Source: Deltaproteobacteria bacterium (GTDB lineage Bacteria > Myxococcota_A > UBA9160 > UBA4427). From it: a stretch of 35,135 nucleotides of DNA. Shown in pieces: positions 16,733 through 25,360 of this stretch. Position numbers and translations under genes: made by a program. Positions within the stretch are counted from its first letter, which is position 1, and every line of letters begins with the position of its first letter. A model generated the notes under the pieces. That model was not told the origin of the DNA. It was given only the letters and a program-made list of their open reading frames with translations, and searched no databases. The DNA is taken from positions 1 through 35,135 of the forward strand of contig DRKE01000031.1 of the NCBI GenBank assembly GCA_011051925.1, read 5' to 3'.

Positions 16733-18328
16733 GTGAACCTGGAATCCGAACCCGTCTCTGCTTCCTGGTCGATCGATCCCGACTCGAGGGAAGCGGTCTA
16801 TCAGCAGATTGCCGCACGCCTGGCTCGCGAGATCGCCGAAGGGCAGCGAGCGCCGGGCGAGCGCCTGCCGGCAATCCGCACCCTGGCGGCCGAGCTCGGG
16901 GTCCATCGCGACACGATCGCGCTGGCCTACGAGCGTCTGGCCCACGCGGGTTGGGTCGAGGGGCGCGTGGGCGCGGGAACCTTCGTCCGGCCTTCGGAAG
17001 CGACGAGAGAATCGCTCGGATCCGCTTCGCCCCTGCGCGGTTCCGGCATCCGGGGCCGGGTCGGACACGCGACCGACGAGTCCGCCGCTTCGCTCGAGGC
17101 TGGCGTGACCGCAGAGATCCGGCTCTCGCCCCAGGTGGAACGATTGCTCGCCCTCGCTGATACGCGGCCACGTTATGCGACGGGCGACGACGTCGTGGCC
17201 CTTCATCGTCTGGTTCCCGATCCCCGCTTCTATCCGCTCGAGGCGTTCCGGACCTGTCTCGACGAGGCGATCCGGGAAGAGGGGCCCGAACTCTTCTCCT
17301 ACGCGCTACCGGAAGGGGACCCTCGGCTGCGGTGCGCGATGACCGATCGTTTCCGGAAGCTGGGGATCGATCGCAGCGCCGACGAACTGGTCCTCTGTCA
17401 CGGCGCGAGCCAGGGGATCTCCCTGGCGCTGCGTCTCTTCTCGCGGCCGGGGGACCGGATCGCCGTCGAAGTGCCGACCTACGCGAACGTCCTCTCGGCC
17501 CTGACCGGACTCGGGCTCGAGGCGGCCCCCGTCCGGATGGACGAACACGGTGCCGATCCCGCCGATCTCGACCGCGTCCTGGAGCGGGCCGACGTGAAGG
17601 CGTTCTACACGATTCCCAGCTTCCACAATCCCCTCGGCACGACGATGCCCCTCGATCGGCGCCGGCAGATTCTCGAGATCGCCGGGCGCCACGGCGTTCC
17701 GATCATCGAAGACGGATTCGAGCTCGATCTGCGTTTCCGTGGCGAGGAGCTTCCCCCGCTGGCGGCGCTCGACGAGTCGGGTGGGGTCGTCCTGCTCTTC
17801 TCGTTTTCGAAGTCGCTTTTTCCGGGTGTCCGGGTCGGCTCGATCTCGGCTCGGGGCCGCTCGCTCGAAGGCCTCGTCGCGCTCAAGCATGCGACGGATC
17901 TCTCCGACGCGCGTCCGCTGCAGGCGGCCCTCGCGCGCTTCGTCGAGTCCGGGGCCTATGATCGGCACCTGTCCCGGATCCGGGCGATGTTGGGCGAGCG
18001 ACACGAGGCCATGGCCCGGGCGCTCCCGGGCTCGATGCCCGACGGGACCGTCTGGACGCGACCCGAAGGCGGCTACCAGCTCTGGCTCGAGTTGCCCCAC
18101 GAGGTCGATACGCGGGATCTGTTGGCGGATGCGGCGAGGGCCGGCGTGATCTTCTCGCCGGGCTCGCTCTTCATGCCGGACGGGCGGCCTTCCCGCGCGA
18201 TGCGACTGACGGTGGCCTGCGCGGATCCCGGGGAGATCCGCAGGGGCGTGGAAGCGTTGGGCGAAGTGGTCGATGCGAGTCGAGCGGCCGGGCCGGGGAT
18301 CGGCCGGGTGGCGGGGTCGCATCTCTAG
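16733..18328 (+). CDS. MocR/PdxR-family transcriptional regulator (GntR wHTH fused to class I aminotransferase-like PLP domain)
   Basis: GTG start. N-terminal wHTH AVYQQIAARLAREIAEGQRAPGERLPAIRTLAAELGVHRDTIALAYERLAHAGWVEGRVGAGTFV, then a long linker and an AAT-like domain with the PLP-lysine motif FSFSKSLFPGVRVG. It lies immediately upstream of pdxS-pdxT, hence PdxR-like. Confidence 0.85.
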   Translation: MNLESEPVSASWSIDPDSREAVYQQIAARLAREIAEGQRAPGERLPAIRTLAAELGVHRDTIALAYERLAHAGWVEGRVGAGTFVRPSEATRESLGSASPLRGSGIRGRVGHATDESAASLEAGVTAEIRLSPQVERLLALADTRPRYATGDDVVALHRLVPDPRFYPLEAFRTCLDEAIREEGPELFSYALPEGDPRLRCAMTDRFRKLGIDRSADELVLCHGASQGISLALRLFSRPGDRIAVEVPTYANVLSALTGLGLEAAPVRMDEHGADPADLDRVLERADVKAFYTIPSFHNPLGTTMPLDRRRQILEIAGRHGVPIIEDGFELDLRFRGEELPPLAALDESGGVVLLFSFSKSLFPGVRVGSISARGRSLEGLVALKHATDLSDARPLQAALARFVESGAYDRHLSRIRAMLGERHEAMARALPGSMPDGTVWTRPEGGYQLWLELPHEVDTRDLLADAARAGVIFSPGSLFMPDGRPSRAMRLTVACADPGEIRRGVEALGEVVDASRAAGPGIGRVAGSHL

Positions 18329-18388
18329 GTTTTCGGACCATTCAAGACGAGGGAATCGCGATTCCGCGAGGACCGGGAGGGCAGGACG

Positions 18389-19306
18389 ATGTCGGACGAG
18401 CAGGGCAGGAACGGGAACGGGCGCCGCGGGGCGGAGGCCTTCGAGCTGAAGGTGGGCCTGGCGGAGATGATGAAGAATGGCGTGATCATGGACGTGACCG
18501 ACGCCGAACAGGCCAAGATCGCCGAGGATTCGGGCGCCTGCGCGGTGATGGCCCTCGAACGGGTGCCCGCCGACATCCGCCGGGACGGTGGCGTGGCGCG
18601 GATGAGTTCGGTCGAGATGATCGAACAGATCCAGAAGACGGTCTCGATTCCCGTGATGGCGAAGGTCCGGATCGGCCACCTCCAGGAGGCCCGGGTGCTC
18701 GAGGCGATGGGCGTCGACTTCATCGACGAGAGCGAGGTGCTGACGCCGGCGGATGACGAACATCACATCGCGAAGCACGACTATCGCGTTCCCTTCGTCT
18801 GCGGTGCACGCAATCTCGGCGAAGCGCTCCGGCGGATCGGAGAGGGAGCGGCAATGATCCGGACCAAGGGCGAGGCGGGAAGCGGCAACATCGTCGAGGC
18901 CGTCCGGCATCTGCGCAGCGTCGTGGGCGAGATGCGCATGATCCAGGCGATGCCCGAGGAGGAGCTGATGGCGACGGCGAAGAAGATGGGGGCGCCCTAC
19001 GAGCTGGTCCGGTACGTCCATGAGAACGGCAGGCTTCCGGTTCCGAATTTCGCGGCCGGCGGGATCGCGACGCCCCCCGACGCCGCGTTGTGTCGATCCC
19101 TCGGCGCCGAGGCCGTCTTCGTGGGTTCGGGCATCTTCAAGAGCGCCGATCCCGCCGCCCGTGCGCGCGCGGTCGTGCATGCGAATACCCACTGGCAGGA
19201 TCCCGAAGAAGTGCTGAATGCCTGCCGAGGCCTCGGATCCGCGATGGAGGGCATCGAGATGGAGACCCTGGCCGAATCCGAGCGGCTCGCGAACCGGGGC
19301 TGGTAG
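18389..19306 (+). CDS. pdxS: pyridoxal 5'-phosphate synthase lyase subunit PdxS
   Basis: [103 protein letters not shown] terminus. Confidence 0.95.
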   Translation: MSDEQGRNGNGRRGAEAFELKVGLAEMMKNGVIMDVTDAEQAKIAEDSGACAVMALERVPADIRRDGGVARMSSVEMIEQIQKTVSIPVMAKVRIGHLQEARVLEAMGVDFIDESEVLTPADDEHHIAKHDYRVPFVCGARNLGEALRRIGEGAAMIRTKGEAGSGNIVEAVRHLRSVVGEMRMIQAMPEEELMATAKKMGAPYELVRYVHENGRLPVPNFAAGGIATPPDAALCRSLGAEAVFVGSGIFKSADPAARARAVVHANTHWQDPEEVLNACRGLGSAMEGIEMETLAESERLANRGW

Positions 19307-19318
19307 GCCGCGAACCGG

Positions 19319-19987
19319 ATGGATCGATCGAACGCGTCCGGCCCCGTCGTGGGTGTCCTGGGAATCCAGGGGGACATCGAGAAACACCTGCAGGCCCTCG
19401 AGCGTCTCGGCGCTCGGGGGCGGCGCGTGCTCGGTCCCCGGGATCTCGCGGGCCTCGTCGCCCTCATCCTGCCGGGCGGGGAGAGTACGACGATCTCGAA
19501 AGGGCTCGACCGGCACGACCTGGTGAAGCCGATCCGCGAGTTCGCCGAGGCGGGTGGCGCGATCCTCGGCACCTGCGCCGGCGCCATCGTCCTCTCGCGT
19601 GCGTCGACGAACCATCCCGTACCGACCCTCGGGCTGATCGACATCGAAGCCGAGCGCAACGCCTACGGCACCCAGCTCGATTCGTTCATCGCACCCGTCG
19701 ACCCGCCCGGAGATCCCGCTGCAACCGGGGGCCAGGAGGAATGGGCGGGGATGGAATGCGTCTTCATTCGCGCTCCTCGGCTGCGCCGGCCCGGCCCCTC
19801 GGTCGAAGTGCTCGCCCGGGTCGACGCTGAGCCGGTTCTCGTGCGCAGCGGGCGGATCTGGGCCTGCACCTTCCACCCGGAGCTGACCGACGATCTACGC
19901 GTCCACCAAGCATGGCTCGAAGGGCTGCGGGCGCGTTCCATGCCGGCGGGCCCGCCGGCCGATCCATCCGCCGATCCCGATCGGTAG
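19319..19987 (+). CDS. pdxT: pyridoxal 5'-phosphate synthase glutaminase subunit PdxT
   Basis: VGVLGIQGDIEKH, LILPGGESTT, catalytic Cys context GTCAGAIVL, and CTFHPELTDD near the C-terminus. Confidence 0.9.
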   Translation: MDRSNASGPVVGVLGIQGDIEKHLQALERLGARGRRVLGPRDLAGLVALILPGGESTTISKGLDRHDLVKPIREFAEAGGAILGTCAGAIVLSRASTNHPVPTLGLIDIEAERNAYGTQLDSFIAPVDPPGDPAATGGQEEWAGMECVFIRAPRLRRPGPSVEVLARVDAEPVLVRSGRIWACTFHPELTDDLRVHQAWLEGLRARSMPAGPPADPSADPDR

Positions 19988-19988
19988 T

Positions 19989-20840
19989 CTATCGGTAGAA
20001 AGTCGTTTCGAGTCGGCATTCCCCGCAGAAACGATACCCCGCGACGAAATCGCTTCCGCACGCTTCGCAATAGCTCTCGGCGCTCGGATCGGTTCGCGGC
20101 CGTGGGCTGAGGATCCGCGCCCGATCGAGGGAGCGCATCGCGGCGAGTTCGAGCAACCAATCGATCTCGCGACGGGCATCCTCGGGCGGATCGCCGTCCA
20201 CGCGGTGACGGGCGCTTTTGGCTCGTCCGATCCCGCTTCGGATGAAGGCTTCGAACCGGCGGTCATCGAAGAGCACGGCGGCGAGTTCCGCGAAGGGGCG
20301 ATCGGCGAGGGAGCATCGGATGATCTCGGCCCCGGAGCGCAGGAGGGCCGGGGGATAGAGGGCTGCGATCGAGAGACGTTCGGCCGCCTTCGGATCGTCG
20401 GGAAGGAGGGTCCGTTGCGCACGATGGAGGAGCGCCACGCCGATCAGATGGAAGCCGAGGGCCGGGCCGGATCCGAGCAGCAGGGTCGCTTCGGCCCCGA
20501 TCGTGGCCGCCGCGATCGGGCCGAGGAGCAGGATCCAGACGAGTTGCAGGCTCGATAGCCAGCGGAGCGCGCGCGTCCCTCGGAGCGCCGCTTCGAGGTC
20601 ACCGGCGAGGCCCGACGGATCGGCCGGACGCCGCTCGAGGGGAATCCCGTCCCGTGCACTCGCCACGAGCACGGCCGGCCAGGGATGCAGGCATCGCCAA
20701 CCCGGCCCGCGGAACACCCATGTCCGGCCCGCTGCACGACGCCCGGGACATCGCCCGTGCAGGACGAGCACTTCATCGGCTTCGAGCTTGCGTAGACACT
20801 GCGCCGCATAGAGAACGGCGAGGGTGACGAAGAATTCCAA
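19989..20840 (-). CDS. hypothetical membrane protein with C-terminal zinc-ribbon (CxxC-x10-CxxC)
   Basis: Hydrophobic segments (LQLVWILLLGPIAAATIGAEATLLLGSGPALGFHLIGVALL) and a C-terminal YCEACGSDFVAGYRFCGECR. High GC3. TTG start at 20840, 9 nt after the DUF2167 stop, with no clear SD, so the start is uncertain. Confidence 0.6.
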   Translation of the reverse strand: MEFFVTLAVLYAAQCLRKLEADEVLVLHGRCPGRRAAGRTWVFRGPGWRCLHPWPAVLVASARDGIPLERRPADPSGLAGDLEAALRGTRALRWLSSLQLVWILLLGPIAAATIGAEATLLLGSGPALGFHLIGVALLHRAQRTLLPDDPKAAERLSIAALYPPALLRSGAEIIRCSLADRPFAELAAVLFDDRRFEAFIRSGIGRAKSARHRVDGDPPEDARREIDWLLELAAMRSLDRARILSPRPRTDPSAESYCEACGSDFVAGYRFCGECRLETTFYR

Positions 20841-20849
20841 CGCGAACCA

Positions 20850-21710
20850 TCAGGCCCTGGAGATCGGCTGGTCCTCGGCCCGTTCGCCGCGGAAGAGGCG
20901 ACGAAGGACGCTGCCCAGCCCGACGACGCCGGCGACGATCAATTTCCAGAAGCGGGCGAGAAGGCCCGTCTTCATGAGTGCGGCGCCGGCGCCCCCGGCG
21001 ACCAGGGCGGCGAGTCCGAACTGGGCGAGACGATCCTGGCCGGGCAGGTATTCGGCGTAGGTGTTGCCCGGCTGGAAGCGGTAGTGGCCGAGCAGCCCGG
21101 CAAGCTGGGGGTCCGCCAGCGGCAGCTCGTCGGGGGCCGAGACGAGCGTGACGGTCATCACCCCCCGCCTTCCGAGAACCTTGACGACGCGATTCACGTT
21201 CCGGATCCCGTCGCTCTCCCCCGAGATCGCCCAGGTCAGGTCATGGGTTTCTTCGTCGTAGCGGGGGGCATCGTACCAGCCGACGATCTCCATCGTCGAC
21301 CAGCCCATCTTCTGGCGTTCGGCGTTCGCCGTCTCGGTTCCTTCCCGGATCGATTCGAGCAGACCCTCGGCGTCGAGGTCGGACTCATCGTCGGGGACAT
21401 AGCCGACCTCGTCCCACTCGAAGATCACGAACCATTGTTCGGCGTCCGACGCCGGCAGGACCGTCGCCTGTTCGGTGCCGGACAGGGGATTCTCCGTCAG
21501 CTGCAGAAGCCGCTCGGTTCCCGCACGATCGAGAAAGAGGAAATCCTCGCCGAGTTCGATCTCCGCCAGCCCGTTCCCGATCGAAAAGGTGCCGGGGCCC
21601 TGCTGGAAATCCAGATTCGGGGCTTCTTCGGCCGCTTCTTGAGCCATCGAACTCCCGGCGAGGCAGAGGAGGAAAAGGATCGCGCCAGCGAGGCGGGCAA
21701 GACGGGACAT
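20850..21710 (-). CDS. DUF2167 family membrane-anchored protein (secreted domain plus C-terminal TM anchor)
   Basis: ATG 21710 lies 5 nt after GGAAGGAGAG. Signal peptide MSRLARLAGAILFLLCLAGSSMAQE. VGWYDAPRYDEETHDLTWAI, VNRVVKVLGRRGVMTVTLV, C-terminal FGLAALVAGGAGAALMKTGLLARFWKLIVAGVVGLG. This matches my recollection of the DUF2167 pattern. Confidence 0.75.
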   Translation of the reverse strand: MSRLARLAGAILFLLCLAGSSMAQEAAEEAPNLDFQQGPGTFSIGNGLAEIELGEDFLFLDRAGTERLLQLTENPLSGTEQATVLPASDAEQWFVIFEWDEVGYVPDDESDLDAEGLLESIREGTETANAERQKMGWSTMEIVGWYDAPRYDEETHDLTWAISGESDGIRNVNRVVKVLGRRGVMTVTLVSAPDELPLADPQLAGLLGHYRFQPGNTYAEYLPGQDRLAQFGLAALVAGGAGAALMKTGLLARFWKLIVAGVVGLGSVLRRLFRGERAEDQPISRA

Positions 21711-22063
21711 TCGGGCTCTCCTTCCGAGAGGATCGCGGTGGGCGATGGGTGGGGGATCCGTTCGTCTGCCGCTTATCGGCGAACGGGCCCCCCGCTGAAC
21801 GAATGGGTGGCGAGGGAGCGTCGCGAGGCAGGGTGGTGGACCCGGGAGAGCCGGCGTCGCGTTCCCTCGGGGTATCCGCTTCTTCCCTGCACGGATCCCC
21901 GCTTCGTGCTTGCCCTCCATCGACTGCCTGTGTTACCCGTCTGCCCTCCAAATCCGGGGTTTCGGCCCCTTCATCATCAACCTCGGTGCTCATGAATCGG
22001 GTCGTGGAATCCCATCCGACGATCCGTCCGGAAACGAGAGAATCCGGAACCGAATGGGCGCCC

Positions 22064-22086
22064 GGAAGCTTCATGGAAAAGCTTCC
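22064..22086 (+). promoter_or_regulatory. 8-bp hairpin (GGAAGCTT-CATGGAA-AAGCTTCC) just upstream of the rpsF Shine-Dalgarno; candidate rpsF leader element
   Basis: Read directly. The GGGAGGAAG SD starts at 22091 and the TTG start is at 22104. Confidence 0.35.
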
Positions 22087-22103
22087 GACCGGGAGGAAGA
22101 CAT

Positions 22104-22709
22104 TTGCGGGAATATGAAACGACGTTCATCGTCCAACCGGAGATCTCGGACGAGGGCAGTCAAGCCATCTTGAGCAAGCTCGATGGCATCCTGGAATCCG
22201 GCGGTGCCACCCGCCTCATGTGCGAGGATCACGGCAAGCGGAAGCTCGCCTACGAGATCCGGAAATTCCACAAGGGCCATTACTACACACTGATGTTCCT
22301 CGACGAGGGGAAGGTCGTACCGGAGCTCGAACGCGCCTTGCGACTCGATGAGTCGGTCCTGCGTTTCCTCACGATCCTGGCGGACGAGGAGGTCGAGGAC
22401 GTCGAGGCACGGAAGGCGGCCGCCGCCGAGGCCGAAGTCGAGCAGACCCGTCGCGCCGAAGAACGGGCGGCCCGCGAGGCCGAGGAAGCGGCCGCGCGCC
22501 GCGCTGCCGAGGAGGCCGAGCGAGAGGCCAGCGCCGCGGCGGCCGAGGAGGCGAAGGCGGCCGCCGAGGCCGCTGGAACCGCAGAGGACGCGGCCAGCGG
22601 GACCGGGGAGGCCGAAACGGGGGCCGATGCGGCCACTGCGTCCGAGTCGGATGCGAGTGTTGGCGAAGCCGCAGCCGAGCCTGTTGTCGCCGGGGAGGAG
22701 AAGTCGTGA
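22104..22709 (+). CDS. rpsF: 30S ribosomal protein S6 with ~100-aa Ala/Glu-rich C-terminal extension
   Basis: TTG start 4 nt after [74 protein letters not shown] is a canonical S6 core. The tail is [53 protein letters not shown]... Confidence 0.9.
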   Translation: MREYETTFIVQPEISDEGSQAILSKLDGILESGGATRLMCEDHGKRKLAYEIRKFHKGHYYTLMFLDEGKVVPELERALRLDESVLRFLTILADEEVEDVEARKAAAAEAEVEQTRRAEERAAREAEEAAARRAAEEAEREASAAAAEEAKAAAEAAGTAEDAASGTGEAETGADAATASESDASVGEAAAEPVVAGEEKS

Positions 22710-23224
22710 GCGAAGAGACCACTGGATCGACGGGAACAGGACCGAGCGAAACGCGCCAGCCGCCCAGGGGCCCGGCCGCGGGGAGCGATGGCCCGCCACG
22801 GGGGCCGCGAAGCGGTCCGTCGGGACCGGCCAGTGACCGGGGACCCGGCGGTGGGGGCGGCTACTCCGGAGGGGACCGCGGGCCGAGGCCACCGCGGGAC
22901 GATCGCGATCGGGGCGATCGACCGCCGCGCGCGCCACTCACCGTCAAGGGACGCCTGCGGGCCGCCGCTCGAAAGAAGGCGCGCAAGCAGGCCAAGCGAA
23001 AGGGCATGTTCCAGCGTCGCAAGGTCTGCCGCTTCTGTGCGGACAAGAATCTGACGATCTCGTACAAGGACGTGAAGACGCTGCGGCTCTTCATCACCGA
23101 GACGGGGAAGATGACGCCTCGGCGCATCTCCGGGACCTGTGCCAAGCACCAGCGGCCACTCGCCCAGGAGATCAAGCGCGCGCGCCAGCTGGCCATGCTT
23201 CCCTACGCACCGAGTCATTTCTGA
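22706..23224 (+). CDS. rpsR: 30S ribosomal protein S18 with ~100-aa Gly/Pro/Arg-rich N-terminal extension
   Basis: Canonical S18 core from residue 101 ([72 protein letters not shown]; ATG 23006). The frame stays open with high GC3 back to GTG 22706, which overlaps the rpsF stop (GTGA). True start is either 22706 or 23006. Confidence 0.85.
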   Translation: MSEETTGSTGTGPSETRQPPRGPAAGSDGPPRGPRSGPSGPASDRGPGGGGGYSGGDRGPRPPRDDRDRGDRPPRAPLTVKGRLRAAARKKARKQAKRKGMFQRRKVCRFCADKNLTISYKDVKTLRLFITETGKMTPRRISGTCAKHQRPLAQEIKRARQLAMLPYAPSHF

Positions 23225-23234
23225 GGAGTCCGCC

Positions 23235-23690
23235 ATGGGATTGGTTCAAGTCATCCTGAGTGAAGACGTCCACAAGCTCGGCGACGCGGGCGACATCGTC
23301 AGCGTCAAGCCGGGCTATGCGCGCAACTACCTCGTGCCCCGGGGCAAGGCGATGCTCGCGACCACCGAACGCGTCAACCAGGTCGAGCACCAGAAGCGCG
23401 TCATTGCCGAGAAGCGGGCGAAGGAGCTCAAGGATCTCGAAGCGGTGAAGGCGAAGCTCGAAGCGACGCAGCTCGAGATCGAGGCGCAGGCCGGAGACGA
23501 AGGCAAGCTCTTCGGCTCCGTGACGGCCCAGCATCTGGCCGATCTGCTCGCGGAGAAGGGGCTCGAAGTCGATCGTCGCAAGATCGTCCTCTCCGAACCG
23601 ATCAAGACCGTCGGTGAGCATGGCGTGGAGATCCGCCTGCGAAGCGATGTCGTCGCCGAGTTCAAGGTCACCGTGAAGGCTTCGGAATAG
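23235..23690 (+). CDS. rplI: 50S ribosomal protein L9
   Basis: ATG 23235: MGLVQVILSEDVHKLGDAGDIVSVKPGYARNYLVPRGKAM..., central helix, C-domain GKLFGSVTAQHLADLL. Confidence 0.9.
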   Translation: MGLVQVILSEDVHKLGDAGDIVSVKPGYARNYLVPRGKAMLATTERVNQVEHQKRVIAEKRAKELKDLEAVKAKLEATQLEIEAQAGDEGKLFGSVTAQHLADLLAEKGLEVDRRKIVLSEPIKTVGEHGVEIRLRSDVVAEFKVTVKASE

Positions 23691-23932
23691 GGGCGGCTTT
23701 CTCCATGCCCGTCGCTTCGTTTCGGAGCGGTCCGCCGCCTTGCGGCGTGACGGGAATGCGCTGATCGACGAATGCCCACTCCGGCCCTGCTCGAGGACGA
23801 GCAGGTCGGGGTGGGCGTTTCCTTTTCGGGATTCCCGGATGCCGCGAGGTGGTATCATCGTCCGGGTCCGGGTCGATTCCCGGTTCGTTTCGAGAGCCGG
23901 GCGTGGGGGGCAGGGTGAGCGAACAGGAGGAG

Positions 23933-25360
23933 ATGGCGGGGCGGATCCCGCCCCATGACATCGAGGCCGAGAAGGCCGTCCTGTCCGCGATCCTGCTCGA
24001 CAACGACGCGATCCATGCGGTCGTCACGGAAGTCCGGGAAGAGGATTTCTACCATCCCGCCCATCAGATGCTCTACCGCTCGATGGTCCGGCTGCGGGAC
24101 GAGAACCAGCCGGTGGACCTGACCACCCTGTCGGCCTTCCTGAAGGGGGAGGGACTGCTCGAGAGCGTGGGTGGCTTCGTCATGCTCGCCGAGATCGCCG
24201 ACTACGAGGCGACCCCGGCCAACATCATCCACTACGCGAAGATCGTGCGTGATCGCGCCATCAAACGGAGCCTGATTTCGACCGCGAGCGAGATCGTCGC
24301 TCTCGGCTACGAACACGGCGAGCCGGCCGATACGCTGCTCGACGAGGCCGAGAGCCGGATTTTCGGCCTCTCGACCGAGAAGGCGAGCACCAGCCTTTCG
24401 AGCATCGCCGTCGAGATGCACGACGCGGTCGATCACATCGACATGTTGATGAACCGGAGCGGCGAGCTGACGGGGCTCTCGAGCGGGTACGAACAACTCG
24501 ATGAGATGACCGGGGGGCTGCAGCCCGGCGATCTCTTCATCCTGGCGGCTCGCCCCTCGATGGGCAAGACGGCGCTGGCCCTGAACATCGCGCGGAATGC
24601 CGCGGTCGATTCGAACAAGAACGTGGCGGTCTTCTCCCTCGAGATGACGACCCGATCCCTCGTGATGCGGCTGCTTTCCTCCGAGGCCCAGGTCGATTTC
24701 TCGGCCTTCCGAAGCGGGCTGATCTCGACAGAGGCCCATTCGCGCCTGATGGCGGCCGCCGGGCGCCTCTCGGAGGCGAAACTGTGGATCGACGATACGG
24801 GGGCGGCCTCGGTGCTCGAGATGCGGGCGAAATGTCGCCGCCTCCATTCGCAGCACGGCCTCGATCTGGTGATCGTCGACTATCTCCAGCTGGCCCGGGG
24901 CGATCGCAATACCCAGAGCCGGGAGCAGGAGATCTCCGAGATCAGCCGGGGACTCAAGGGACTCGCCAAGGAACTCGACATCCCCGTGATGGCGCTCTCC
25001 CAGCTCAATCGCGGGCCGGAATCGCGCAAGGAGGACAAGCGGCCGATGCTGGCGGACCTGCGCGAATCGGGCGCGATCGAGCAGGATGCCGACGTCATCG
25101 GTTTCATCTATCGCGACGTCGTCTACAACAAGGAAACCGAATTGGAGAACCAGGCGGAGCTGATCATCGCCAAACAACGGAATGGTCCGACCGGAACCGT
25201 CAAGCTCGAATTCGTCGGGAAGTACGCGCAATTCCGCGACTGGCCGCTTTCGGACAATCCCTACGAGGGGGCTCCGGGTGGAAACGAGTTCGGTCCGCCG
25301 CCCCAGGACGATTTCGTCACCGGCGGTTTCGGCTCGGATACCGATCCGGGTCCGCTCTAG
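23933..25360 (+). CDS. dnaB: replicative DNA helicase DnaB
   Basis: ATG 23933 gives MAGRIPPHDIEAEKAVLSAILLDNDAI, a canonical DnaB N-terminus. Walker A ARPSMGKTALALN; LVIVDYLQL; SQLNRGPESR; LRESGAIEQDADVI; AKQRNGPTG. In-frame GTGs at 23849 and 23912 are alternative starts. Confidence 0.9.
   Translation: MAGRIPPHDIEAEKAVLSAILLDNDAIHAVVTEVREEDFYHPAHQMLYRSMVRLRDENQPVDLTTLSAFLKGEGLLESVGGFVMLAEIADYEATPANIIHYAKIVRDRAIKRSLISTASEIVALGYEHGEPADTLLDEAESRIFGLSTEKASTSLSSIAVEMHDAVDHIDMLMNRSGELTGLSSGYEQLDEMTGGLQPGDLFILAARPSMGKTALALNIARNAAVDSNKNVAVFSLEMTTRSLVMRLLSSEAQVDFSAFRSGLISTEAHSRLMAAAGRLSEAKLWIDDTGAASVLEMRAKCRRLHSQHGLDLVIVDYLQLARGDRNTQSREQEISEISRGLKGLAKELDIPVMALSQLNRGPESRKEDKRPMLADLRESGAIEQDADVIGFIYRDVVYNKETELENQAELIIAKQRNGPTGTVKLEFVGKYAQFRDWPLSDNPYEGAPGGNEFGPPPQDDFVTGGFGSDTDPGPL

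Noticed and set aside
17306-19876. 856-aa minus-strand ORF (and likewise the 800-aa ORF 3777..6179 and the 484-aa ORF 5843..7297)
   Set aside because: They are antisense to pdxR-like/pdxS/pdxT, and to alaS and ispG respectively. These are GC-rich shadow ORFs with low-complexity Arg/Pro/Gly translations, while the sense strands carry unmistakable conserved proteins.
19980-19998. Direct repeat ATCGGTAG-TCT-ATCGGTAG at the pdxT / zinc-ribbon gene junction
   Set aside because: It is explained by the two convergent genes ending in similar codon contexts (..CGG TAG on plus, ..CGA TAG on minus), so it is probably coincidental and not a mobile-element target duplication.
22706-23005. A separate gene or a degenerate ssb between rpsF and rpsR
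   Set aside because: There is no stop codon separating it from the S18 core and no OB-fold-like sequence. I therefore treat it as an S18 N-terminal extension or untranslated spacer, and the ssb-remnant idea is only speculation.
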